Below are positions 12,866 to 23,660 of a DNA stretch of 64,000 bases, piece after piece. Numbering within the stretch: the first letter of the stretch is position 1; each line of letters begins with the position of its first letter. The position numbers and the translations under genes were made by a program. Origin of the DNA: Balamuthia mandrillaris (taxonomy: Eukaryota); contig JAVKOQ020000111.1 of the NCBI GenBank assembly GCA_031835245.2, positions 1 to 64,000 on the forward strand, written 5' to 3'. The notes beneath the pieces were generated by a model. That model was given only the letters and a program-made list of their open reading frames with translations, searched no databases and was not told the origin of the DNA.

Positions 12866-14573
12866 GTCGCTCAATCAATTGATCGTTCTCTTTTCTTTTC
12901 GAAAGTTATTGAAGCGCGTAACCTTGATATTGACTCCACTTCTTGGTTTGGAATTCGTACGTCCTTGCTCATGTGTTTTTTCTTCCTCCCTTCTTCTTTC
13001 TTCTTCTTTCTTCTTTATGCTTTCTTCTTCTTTCTTCTTTCTTCTTTCTTCCTTCCGTCTTTTCCATTCACATATAATATTAACAAAATAAAACATAAAG
13101 GACCCTATATCTCTCCTTATTGCCATCTCCAATTGGAAGGAACGCCGCAAGAATATCGAACAGACTTTGGGCACGAATGCAACCCCGTTTGGAACGACTC
13201 GCTCACTTTCTCTTGGCAACCTCCCTCTCTTTCGCCTCCTTCTTCCAACAACAACACTTCACAACAGGCAACAAAACCGCAAAACAACTCTCAAGCCACG
13301 AACGAAAAAGAAGGGGATGGAAAGAAGCAACAACAGCCTCAACGACGACTATTTATCTCGATAAGAAACAAAGGCTACCGATTGGGCAAAGAATCGTTGG
13401 TTGGTTCTTGCGCTATTCACGTGGATGCTCTTCCAGATTCAACTCCTCCAATGGACTTTTGGGTTCCTCTCGTGAGAGTGAACAATAACAACAAGGAAGA
13501 GCCGAGCGGAGAACTGCATTTGATGTTGCACAAGACGAGAAAGGAAAGCCGAGGGATGCTCGCGTTCTTTGGGCGTCCTTTGAGCTCTATACCGTTGAGA
13601 ATGGGACCAGGTGATATCATTTTGATCAATAACAGTGAGTTCATTCGACATGCCATTAAAATTGCAACGAATAGTGAGGTAAGATGTCATGTCTTCTCTC
13701 TATGTATCTCCTTCCTGCTCTCCTACTTCCCTGCTCTCCTAGCTAGCTCTAACAAAACTCTGAACAATAAAGTGGGATCACATTGCAATGGTTGTCAAAG
13801 TGGAAGGACAAAAGAAGCTCTTCTTCATGGAGGCCACCAACTTCGGTGTTGACATTTATCGTTTAGATCGACGGTTGGACTTTTACCGAGAGAGTGCCAA
13901 GTTGGGTGTTCGTCGTTTGCAGCTGCAACGCACTCGTGACATGGTTGAGGAGTTGGAGAGGTTCGTGGAAGAGGCGATTGGAAAACCTTATGCCCCCTTC
14001 AGCGATCTTTTGAAAGCTTACAGCAACATGAACAGCCCGCCACCTCCAACGGCAAATTATTCTTCCTCTGAACTTCCGGCGCTTTCTCTTCCGCCTTCTT
14101 CATTGTCAACGAAAGAGGAGGACTGTACTTCACATCAGCCAGAAAAACAACAAGAAGAACAGAAGGAGAAAGAGACAATAAGGAAATATGACTATCAAAG
14201 CTTCTTTTGTTCTTCGCTTATCGCAGAGGCATATAAACGTATGGGTCTTCTCTCGGACAAGTACCCCTCCGACCTCTATCTTCCCGTGGATTTTGCGCCT
14301 CTGCCAGACGAAGTCAATTCCAAAACGACCGACTCGCTGCCTCCTCCTTCTTATTCTTCGCATTCGCCTCTTCCTTCGCGGAAACGACTTGCGCCTTCGC
14401 CCTCTCCTTCTGCTCCCTCCTTTCGAACGGCAACCTCTGCTTCCTCCCCGGACATCTTCTTGCCGGGTTCCATGATAACGGTGGAACCTAAAGTGCAGCT
14501 GCTCAAAGGCACGCTGAGCTCCGTCCTCGTTATCCCCCAGAAAGTCATCACCAACAACAACAACAACCCATAA
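12255..14573 (+). CDS. C2 domain plus permuted papain-like NlpC/P60 (YiiX/YebB-type) amidase domain protein, multi-exon
   Basis: C2: SPYCHLQL...NPVWNDSLTF...SLVGSCAIHV...GELHLML; peptidase: PGDIIL...IKIATNSE/WDHIAMVV...FMEAT...IGKPY...FFCSSLIAEAYKRMGLL (His before Cys). Confidence 0.8.
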
Positions 14574-14811
14574 AGCATTCATTTCTAATAGGGCACTATT
14601 ATTCAAGTTTTTTTATTCGACAAAAATTATTCCATCTAGGATTACCATGTAAGGATCAATATTCCATTTCGTCTAATTTAATAAACATTTAGCCTCGTAT
14701 CCTAACAGATCAATATTGCCCGATCTGTTGCACAGCAACCAAATAAACCTCAGCCAAAAAGTGTCCGCCCATCCAGCAGGGATTATCCCTTCACCTCGCT
14801 CCGCTTCCCTC

Positions 14812-14835
14812 CCATTGGCCCGCCCTTTATATAGA
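14812..14835 (+). promoter_or_regulatory. Putative core promoter of the severin/gelsolin gene (reverse CCAAT, GC box, TATA)
   Basis: ccattggcccgccctttatatag lies ~190 bp upstream of the ATG at 15025. Confidence 0.45.
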
Positions 14836-15024
14836 GTCCGCAATAATCTCCATTTCATCGACTGCAGTGGTATCCCACCGCAACCACCAAAATCGCTTGT
14901 TCCTTTTATTTCTCTTCTCTTCTTCTTTTTCTCTCTTCTTCTTCTTCTTTTGTCGTTCGTTTTTTCAACAACAAACAACAAACAGACTCGTTCTCGCCTC
15001 TTTGACACACACCCACAACAACAA

Positions 15025-15647
15025 ATGCAGAAGGCCAAAGTGTTCACCATTGCCGGCAGCAACATCGAGAACCTCGGCACCGAGCTCGAGAGGAAGTGCA
15101 AGGAGACCTCTGCTGCTTGCGAAGAACAGGTTCGTTGCGGGATTTGATTTGATTTTGGTTTGATTTTTCTTGGCTAATACTTTTGGGTGGGTGGTTTCTT
15201 TATTTTTTTTAAAAAAAAAATAGTGGAGCAAGACTGGCAAAGAGACAGGTCTGTTGATCTGGCGCATTGAGCAGTTCAAGGTTTGTTTGTTTGTTGGTTG
15301 GCTTTCTGTTGTGTGTGTGTGATTTGCCTTTGTCCACTTTTTTTTTTCCATTGCAATCAACAAAAAGGGGGGGGGGAAGAAAAACTTATACGATGTTCAA
15401 CCAAAAAATCCAAAATGAAAATAGGTGGTGCCTTGGCCCAAGGAGGAGTATGGCAAGTTCTTCACCGGCGACTCTTACATCGTGTTGAACGTACGTGTTT
15501 TGTTTCATCTTTCTCTGTCCGTCTTTGTTTTTTTCTCACGCGCGCTCTCTTTCGTTTGCTGTGCAGACTCACGGCCAAGCCCCCCAATACGCCTATGACG
15601 TCCACTTTTGGCTCGGCGAGAACACCTCCATCGTTCGTACTCTCTCG

Positions 15648-15694
<47 letters not shown>

Positions 15695-16790
15695 GCTCTC
15701 TAACCAAATAAATGAACTAGGACGAGGCCGGCACAGCTGCCTACAAGACCGTCGAGCTGGACACCTACCTCAAGGACGTGCCCATCCAGCATCGCGAGGT
15801 GCAGGGCCACGAGTCCGAGCTCTTCCTCAGCTACTTCCCCAACGGCGTTCGCCTGTTGGAGGGCGGCGTGGAGAGCGGCTTCAGGCACGTGGAGCCCACC
15901 GAGTACAAGCCCCGTTTGTTGCACGTGAAGGGCACCATCAACAACGTGCGCGTCTCGCAGGTTCCTTTGACCAGGGACTCGCTCAACTCTGGAGACGTGT
16001 TTGTGCTTGGTTTGTTTGCTTCTCTTTCTTTGGTTTTGTTCTTGGTTTTTTCTTTGCTTACACTAGCCTTTTGTTTAGATGCTGGATTGAAGATCTATCA
16101 GTTCAACGGCTCCAAGGCCGGTGGCGGTGAGAAGGTCCATGCTGCTCGCCTCTCCAGGGCTTTGGATGTACGTCTCTCTCGCTCTATCTCTCTTCTCTCT
16201 CTCTCTCTCTCTCTCTTCTCTCATGACTAAACAATTGGAAACCAACTCATAAAAACCCAGGATGAGCGTGGTGGCAAGCCTCAGGTCATTGTCATTGAGG
16301 AAGGTAGCGGCGGCTCTGATGCCGATGAGTTCTGGCAGCTGCTCGGCGGCAAGGGTCCCATCAAGTCCGCTGAGGAGGGTGGCTCTGACCGCGATCACGG
16401 CGCCACCTCTGCTGCCAAGAGGCTCTTGCGGTTTGTCGTTCTTCTTTTTTTCCTTTCTTCTGTCGAAAGCAAACAAACTGACCTCCAAAACATCTTACCC
16501 CTCTCCAACTTCATAGCTTGAGCGACGCTTCTGGCTCTTTGGAGTTCAGCGAGGTTGCCAGCGGCCAAATCCCCAAGAGCGCCCTCAAGAGCGAGGACGT
16601 CTTTGTCTTTGACGTCGGACAGGAGGTCTTTGTTTGGGTGGGCAGGGGCGCCAGCACCGCCGAAAGGAGGAACGGCCTCGGCTACGCCACCTCTTACTTG
16701 GAGAAGTACAACCGCCCCGTGTGGTTGCCCTTGACTCTCATCTACGAAGGCGGTGAGAACGAGGTCTTCAACAGCAGCTTTGATTCTTAA
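15025..16790 (+). CDS. Severin/fragmin-like three-domain gelsolin-family actin-severing protein
   Basis: [95 protein letters not shown]. Confidence 0.95.
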
Positions 16791-16912
16791 ATGAACACAA
16801 ATGGAGGGAGGAACGAAAAAGTGCCTCCCTTTTATTCTTCATTCATGTTTCCATAGAAAAAAATAATACATCGTTGTGCACAAAGAACTCTTCTTCTCTT
16901 GGTCGTTCGCTT

Positions 16913-16963
<51 letters not shown>

Positions 16964-17110
16964 GCCCTTCTTCGTTGTTTCTGTCGGCAAAAATTAGTTT
17001 TTTATGAATTCCGATTGGCGAAATAACCAACACACAAAATTTCTTGCAATTTTTTGAAATATGATTGGATATTGTCGACAGAATTACAAACAGACATAAT
17101 AACAACGGAA

Positions 17111-18709
17111 ATGCACCTAAGAACAAGCAACGCAGCAGAAGAAAGACAAGAACAAGGATGGGAAGAAACAGCGGTGCAGAACTTCAAACGCTTTCTCGGG
17201 ATGAAGACCATCAGTCACGACGGACCCACCAACGGGGCCTACCAAGAGGCCGCTCTCTTTCTCTCCGATTTATGTCGAGAATTGGTCCCCCTTTTCGCTT
17301 CGGCTTCTCCGCCAAAGGATGATTTTGGCAGCGTCCGGGTGTTGGATCCGCTGAGCAAGGGCAAGCCCATCGTGTTGGCCACGTTCAAAGGCAGAGACGA
17401 GAGCCTTCCATCGGTGTTGTTGAACGGACACTACGACGTGGTGGCCGCCATGGACGAGAAATGGGACACCGACCCTTTTGAGCCGTTCGAGAATGAACGG
17501 GGGGACATTTTTGCTCGTGGCACTCAAGACATGAAATGTGTTTGCATCCAGTATTTAGAGGCTCTTCGTTTGTTCCTCTCAGAGAGGCGAAAGCAACAGC
17601 CGCAGCAGCAACAAGAAGAAGAAGAAAGTCGCCCATTCCTTCGGACCATTCACGTGAGCTTTGTTCCGGACGAAGAAATCGGAGGAAAGGAGGGAATGGC
17701 CCTGTTGGTACAGAACGAGAAGCTGATGAAGGAGCTGAACATAGGGGTGGCCTTGGATGAAGGCTTGGCCAGTCCCAACGATGATTTTACCGTGTTCTAC
17801 GGAGAGAGAGCCACGTGGTGGTGTCGTATTCGTGCAACTGGTCCTACCGGTTTGCTTTCTTTCTTTCTTTCTTTCTTTCTTGTCGTTTCTTTCTTTCTTT
17901 CTTCTTCGTGTTCATTGTATTTGACAAATAGGACATGGTAGCAGGCTTGTCAAGAACACGGCTATGGAGAAGCTCATTCGTGTTGTTCAGCACTTTCTTG
18001 ACTATCGTGCAGAACAAGAAGCTCGTTTGGATGGTCATGGGTAAGTCCTTTCCCTTTCTCTGTTCTTGCTGTCTTCGTTCGTTATTCTTTATCCTTAACT
18101 AGATCTTTCTTATGTTATATAAACAAAAGATGTCAGCACGCAGTAGCGAAGAAAGAAAAGCTAGGAGATGTGGCAACCATCAACTTGACCATGCTTAGAG
18201 GCGGAGTGACCACCGATGGTGGCAAAACCTATGCCTACAACGTGATTCCCTCCGAAGCAGAAGCTGGATTCGACATCCGCATTCCCCCTACTATTCCTCT
18301 TCCCGAGTTTGAGGCCATGATTCAAGGCTGGATTGCTTCTTCTCTTTCTTCTTCTTCTCCCTCTTCGAACAAAAAAGAAGATGAAGGAAGCATAACGTAC
18401 GAGTTTGCTCAAAAAGCAGAACGACACAGCATTACAAGCATCGACCCAGAGGAGAATCCATGGTGGAAGACCTTTCACTCCTTCCTCGAGGAAGAGGCCA
18501 AACTCAAAGTGGTTCCAGAGATCTTTCCGGCAGGAACGGACAGCAGGTATTTGCGATGGGCCGACATTCCTTCTTTTGGCTTTTCGCCTATCAACAACAC
18601 CCCTATCCTGTTGCACGACCACAACGAGTTTCTCAACAGAAAGACTTTTGTGAGGGGCGTGGAGATTTATGCTGGCCTTATTGCTGCCTTGGCCAATCAA
18701 CCACAATAA
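17111..18709 (+). CDS. ACY1: Aminoacylase-1 (M20A N-acyl-L-amino acid amidohydrolase)
   Basis: LLNGHYDVV, IFARGTQDMKCVCIQYLEA, FVPDEEIGG, ALDEGLASP, IFPAGTDSRYLR, LLHDHNEFL; two introns. Confidence 0.93.
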
Positions 18710-18942
18710 CGAATAAAGAAAGCAACAGAACGAGAGAAGAGAGGATGGAGAGAAGGGGGAAAAAAAAAACAAGAGGGAAGCAATGTGATGTTAGCGTCAA
18801 GCGCCGCAAAGCCAGGTCCTCCGGTGTTGGTCGCCCAACAGCTCGAAAGATGTGGCTGAGGTGTGTTCTCCGTGTGTGAAATCGAAGTAGATTTGCTGCC
18901 TCTCTTACGCCTCCTCCCCATCCCCAAGGTAAACGAAGTAAA

Positions 18943-19028
18943 TTCAATTATCAGTTGAACGCCTTAACCACTCGGCCACCCCGCCGTTTGTAGTGTAGTG
19001 GCGGGGGTGGGATTCGAACCCACGATGA
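18943..19028 (-). tRNA. Circularly permuted tRNA-like gene, anticodon GAT (Ile): 3' half 19028-18999, 13-nt spacer, 5' half 18985-18943
   Basis: Minus strand reads TCATC-GTGGG-TTCGAAT-CCCAC-CCCCGCC-A / ctacactacaaac / GGCGGGG-TG-GCCG-AGTGGTTA-AGGC-G-TTCAA-CTGATAA-TTGAA; swapped halves give a complete 73-nt cloverleaf with a 7/7 acceptor stem. Confidence 0.75.
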
Positions 19029-19263
19029 AGTTTGAAGGGGAAGGGAGGAAGCTGGGGGCGTAGACGACGCTTTGAACGTGGCATCATCCTAAACTTGCTT
19101 CACTCTCATGAAAAGCAACACCCGTTCACCGAAATAAATACGTGTGCTTTCTGCAGCGGTTTGCATTGTGGGAGCAAGAACAATGTGCATACAGGGGGAG
19201 GAGGGGCTGGCCGGGGTACCCGTTCTCTGAACACAATTATAGGAGGTGCTGTAAAAGGAGGCG

Positions 19264-20691
19264 TTAAATCGATGCCCATGTATCATAAGGACACCCATGC
19301 TTCTGCAACCACTTCAAAGCTTGCGGTTGGTCGTGCCAGACCGCAGCGGAACAAGCGTTTTCGTCCCAAGGACAGCCCTGATCTCTGAGCCATTCCATTA
19401 TCTCGATATGACCCCCGCTAGCAGCACTCGCAAAAGCGTGCACGTCCCAAGGACAGCCATTCTCTCTGGCCCACATGAGCGCTTGTAGGTTTCCCGCTTG
19501 AGCAGCCCAGGAACAGGTGCTCTCATCCCAAGGGCACCCATTCTCTCTGGCCCATTGTAGTACTTTCAAATCTCCGGTCCTTGCAGCCGATGCGCAAGTG
19601 CTCTCATCCCAAGGGCATCCGTTGGCTCTTGCCCACTGTAACACCTCCAATCGTCCACTGCCGGCAGCGTTTTTGCAAGTAAGAACATCCCAGGGGCAAC
19701 CATTTGCATGAGCCCATTGTAGCATTTCCAAATGACCTTGAGCGGCGGCCTCTCCACAAACAAGCTCATTCCAGGGACAGCCGTGCGCTCGCAACCACCG
19801 CAACATGTCCAGCTGACCCTCGACAGCAGCAGAGAGACTCGTCTCCTCGTCCCAGGGATAGCCATGCTCATGCAACCATTGCATAATTGGCAGGTTTGTT
19901 ACCGTGTCAACGCAAACCCACCTGCGAAAAGGGCAGTTGTGCTTGTGTAGATATTCTAGCACATCTATGTGCCCTCCCACAACGGCAGAAGAGAAGCATT
20001 GCTCGTCCAAGGTACAACCCTGCTGGTGAAGCCATTGCAGGACCTCCGAGTGTCCATTTACTGCAGCCCAGGCGCATGTGAGCTGGTTTACGGGGCAACG
20101 TTGCTTGTGCAACCACTTCAACACCTCTAACTGCCCAAACTCTGCAGCGCTATTGGTAGTTTGAGCGTCCAAAGGGAAACCTCGCTCCTTGTGCAGCCAC
20201 TTGACCACCTCCAAGTGACCCCTTCCAGCAGCCGCCGCCACAATAGAGTGGTTCTTCGTGCCAGTCCAACTAAAATCCAAGAGGCTCGCTCGTCCGGATG
20301 GAGCCAGGGCCCGCTTCAGGACCTCCAACTGTCCGTGACGCGCTGCTTCGAGGCATATTTCTTCGTCCCAAGAGAACTGGCCTTGCTCTTGGATCCACAG
20401 GAGACCCTCGATGTTGCCGTTACAAGCAGTTGCTGAGTAGGCTAGTCGTAAGGGGCAACCGTTGGCCACGCACCACTGAAGCAAGGACAAGGAAGCGCTG
20501 CAGGTCGTCATGGCCGCCAGCTTGTGTCGCTGCGAAGCAGGCAAGCACGTAAACCACCGTTTGCAGGTTTGAGCTGCAACCGCTGCGGCACCCTTTGGAA
20601 GCAGCGCCAGCGTGTAGGCTATCAGTTCAGGCGGAAGAAGCTCTTCGACCCAACAGCGCTCCTCTTCCGTTGGTCTTCCCTGCGGCGGCAT
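19264..20691 (-). CDS. Intronless F-box plus ankyrin-repeat protein of the GCPWDE-repeat type
   Basis: N-terminal LLPPELIAYTLALL...AAQTCKRW F-box; more than 10 repeats of CxxAAxxGxLEVLQWARxNGCPWD. Confidence 0.9.
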   Translation of the reverse strand: MPPQGRPTEEERCWVEELLPPELIAYTLALLPKGAAAVAAQTCKRWFTCLPASQRHKLAAMTTCSASLSLLQWCVANGCPLRLAYSATACNGNIEGLLWIQEQGQFSWDEEICLEAARHGQLEVLKRALAPSGRASLLDFSWTGTKNHSIVAAAAGRGHLEVVKWLHKERGFPLDAQTTNSAAEFGQLEVLKWLHKQRCPVNQLTCAWAAVNGHSEVLQWLHQQGCTLDEQCFSSAVVGGHIDVLEYLHKHNCPFRRWVCVDTVTNLPIMQWLHEHGYPWDEETSLSAAVEGQLDMLRWLRAHGCPWNELVCGEAAAQGHLEMLQWAHANGCPWDVLTCKNAAGSGRLEVLQWARANGCPWDESTCASAARTGDLKVLQWARENGCPWDESTCSWAAQAGNLQALMWARENGCPWDVHAFASAASGGHIEIMEWLRDQGCPWDENACSAAVWHDQPQALKWLQKHGCPYDTWASI

Positions 20692-20836
20692 GGTTCTGTC
20701 GGCAATTCTTTACTGTCGTTGGCTTTAGAGGCCAAGGGCTTCGTTTCTCCGTTCGTCTTCTTGCAAGATTCTTTCTTGGAACGAATTATTATTGTTAGTG
20801 TAACGCTCCTCCTTTTATATCCGAAAAAGACACGTT

Positions 20837-22349
20837 TTACAATCGTTGGATCATGCCTTCAAAAATGGCAGCAACAAAAGGGGCAGAAGCACGGGCTACC
20901 CGCAAGCACTCCTCAATGGTTGGATCCTCGGACACGTTCCAGACGCACATGTCCGTGATCACTCCCAAGCCAAACACTCTCATCCTTCTTCCATAAGGCC
21001 TGCTCTCTCCTTGCTCGCCCTCCTCTTCTTCTGCCGTTTCATCTTTCTCTTCTCTTCCATGAAGAGCAGCAATGACCTCAGGAACGGTGCTCATGCCATA
21101 AACGTCAGCTCCTATCATGCTTAGGTACCTGAGTTCCGCTCGTGTGGCCCCGGCTGGACCGACCATTGCGGCATAGACTCCTTTTCGAACAACCACCTTC
21201 TTCTCCTTTTTCTCTTTCTCTTGTTCTTCTTCCCTTTCCTCTTTCATTTTCGTCTTTTCGTATTGCTTTTGTTCTCTTTCTTCAGTTCCATTTTTCTCAT
21301 CTTCTCCTTCTTCGTTTATCTTTGTGATGACGTCGATAGCCAGAGAGAGCAGTTGTGGATCGTAAGGATCTTTCATGTGAGGCCAACGAACGCCCAAGCG
21401 CTCGTCGTTGGCGCCGATGAGAGGGCTGGTGTAGGTCAAGTTGATGTGGTTCGTGAGGAAGACAATGTCGCCGGCTTTGTAACTTGGGTTGATGCCTCCA
21501 CAAGCATTCGATAGGAGTAAGATTCTTACTCCCAATGCTTTTTGTTAGTGTTTGTTGTTGAGATTAGAAACGAAAGAATGCAAGAAAGAAACGCAACAGA
21601 AAGAAGAAGAAGAAGAAGAAGAAGAAGAAGAAGAAGAAGAAAGAATGTGAGAATAAAAAATAGACACCTTTGAGGACACGGATGGGGAAAGTAATATCTC
21701 GAGCGGAGTATCCTTCGTAAAGGTGTAAGCGGCCTTGCATGACCACCACCTGTTTGCCTTCCACTTCTCCTATTCACGTTCTGTTTTTGTTAATCATTCG
21801 CTTATCTCTCTCCCTTCGTTCATTCTTTTCTTTTCTGCTACCAGGTGAACAACAAACCAAAGATAAGCTGTCCGGCATGAGACTTGGCAGTGGTAGCAGG
21901 AAAGTAAGGTATGTCTTTGTACGGAATGGCGCTAGGACGCCGTACCAAGTCCACAAAGGCAGACCCCAGACCGCTCCCAAGGACTACTCCAATGCGAGGC
22001 TCCGGTTTCTCTTCTTTAAGAGTGTCTCTAATGTAGCTTACAGCAGAAGTGATCTGATCAAAGAGGGGCGAATGTTCCTCTGCTAAGATAAACGTGAGAA
22101 GAAAAACAATAAGAAAAACAGCAACAAGAAGAAGAACAACAAGAAGAAGGAGAAGAGGGAAAGCGGACCTTTTGCTCGATGCAGTATGCGAAGCCGGTCG
22201 CCGATAGGCCCAACTCCGATCTCTTTCAAGAGCTCATGGTTCAGGTCGCGTAGTACGCACCTGTCGACTCTGTGTTCCGCGAACATCGAGGCATACTGCG
22301 TCGCGCTCACCGCATCGATACCTGCCGCCTCGAACCAAGCCCCATTCAT
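20837..22349 (-). CDS. Purine nucleoside phosphorylase (trimeric NP-I family) with an N-terminal SAM-like domain
   Basis: IGVVLGSGLG, IPYFPATTAKSHAGQLIFG, MQGRLHLYEGY, LLLSNACGGIN, IGADVYGMSTVPEV; SAM exon spliced in frame via GT-AG intron 22168-22083. Confidence 0.88.
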
Positions 22350-23165
22350 CTCTCCTTTTTTTTTTCTTCTATGGACGGTGTAACTCTCTCTCCTATCCCG
22401 AGAGAGGAGAAGAGATAGTGTCGACACGAAAGTCGACAAAATAACTGATCTGATAAGCGATTATACTCTGATTTGCGATTCGACCGACCGACAGATCGTT
22501 GATTGCGATTATGGGAGAGGAAAAGTTCGCAGAGTGTTCGAGGGGCCATAACTTATAGATAGGGAAATGGTTTGGTCACACTTCCCCTCTTCTTTTGTCT
22601 TACAAAACAAAAGTACGGAAAATCTCTGGGAGGACCACTGCGCTGTTGCTTGGTGCTGCTTGCTGCTTGCTGCTGCTTGCACACAAAGCGAGTAGTGGGT
22701 GGTGGTGGCACTCACAGCAAACCGCCTTTTTTTACGTGTGGGTTTCCTCCTCGTTTCCTTTTCCAAAAGGAATGGCGTTGCGGCAGAGGGAACGTTTAAA
22801 AACCCAGGTTGTTTTTTGTTGCTTTCCTTCTGCCGAAACGGACCTTGATAAACGCACTTGGCAAGTTACACAAGTGTGAACAGATACGGGTCCTACATTT
22901 CTCTTTTCTCTTTTCTCTTCTCTCTTAGTCTATTACCTTTGTTTTTGTTCTCGCTTCCTCTCTTCCTCTCTTCCTCTCTCTCTCTCTCTCTGTCTCTCTC
23001 TGTCTTTGTCTATTCTGTGGTTACTCTCCTTTCTTCTCTTGCCTCTATTCTCTTTGAGTCCTCTCCCTCTCGTACAAGTGACGAAGTGAAGAAGTCACCA
23101 ACTGTGAATGTGTGGTCTTCAAGCACGCCCTGTTTCGGCCTTCCTCCACAATTGTTGGCATCTTC

Positions 23166-23202
<37 letters not shown>

Positions 23203-23660
23203 CTCCACTCCTCTCTCTCTCTCTCTCTTGGAGTTCGTCGAGGGACGGTGGTTTCTTGCTTCCACAACCGCCGTTTGATACCAACTTCTCCTAAAGCAAT
23301 AACTTACAAATAACGCGCGGTTGGCAGGGGAGGAATCTGTGTTCCTTCCCTACCGTACCAAGCGGCTCCGTGAACTGAAATCAGCACCGAACGAACATAG
23401 CTTTGTTCTTTGGAAAACTCATTTCACACATTCCCTTCTCCTCCTCTCCTCTGCTATTCCTTTCTCACACACAAACAAAGCAAAGATTGATTAGAACGAG
23501 AGAGCTTGGTTCAAATAATAAGTAAGAACATCACAAATATATATTTTTTTTGAGGAGTGACGAGACAGCAACGTAGCTAAAGGCCTCCAGCACGTAGGTG
23601 AGCGTTGAAACAACAGTTTGGTGGGTGGGGAGAGAAAAAATGTCCGGCTCTTCTTCACTG

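Noticed and set aside
18943..19028. Two-piece (permuted) tmRNA interpretation
   Set aside because: No G3:U70 alanine determinant, a full D-arm and anticodon arm are present, and there is no tag ORF
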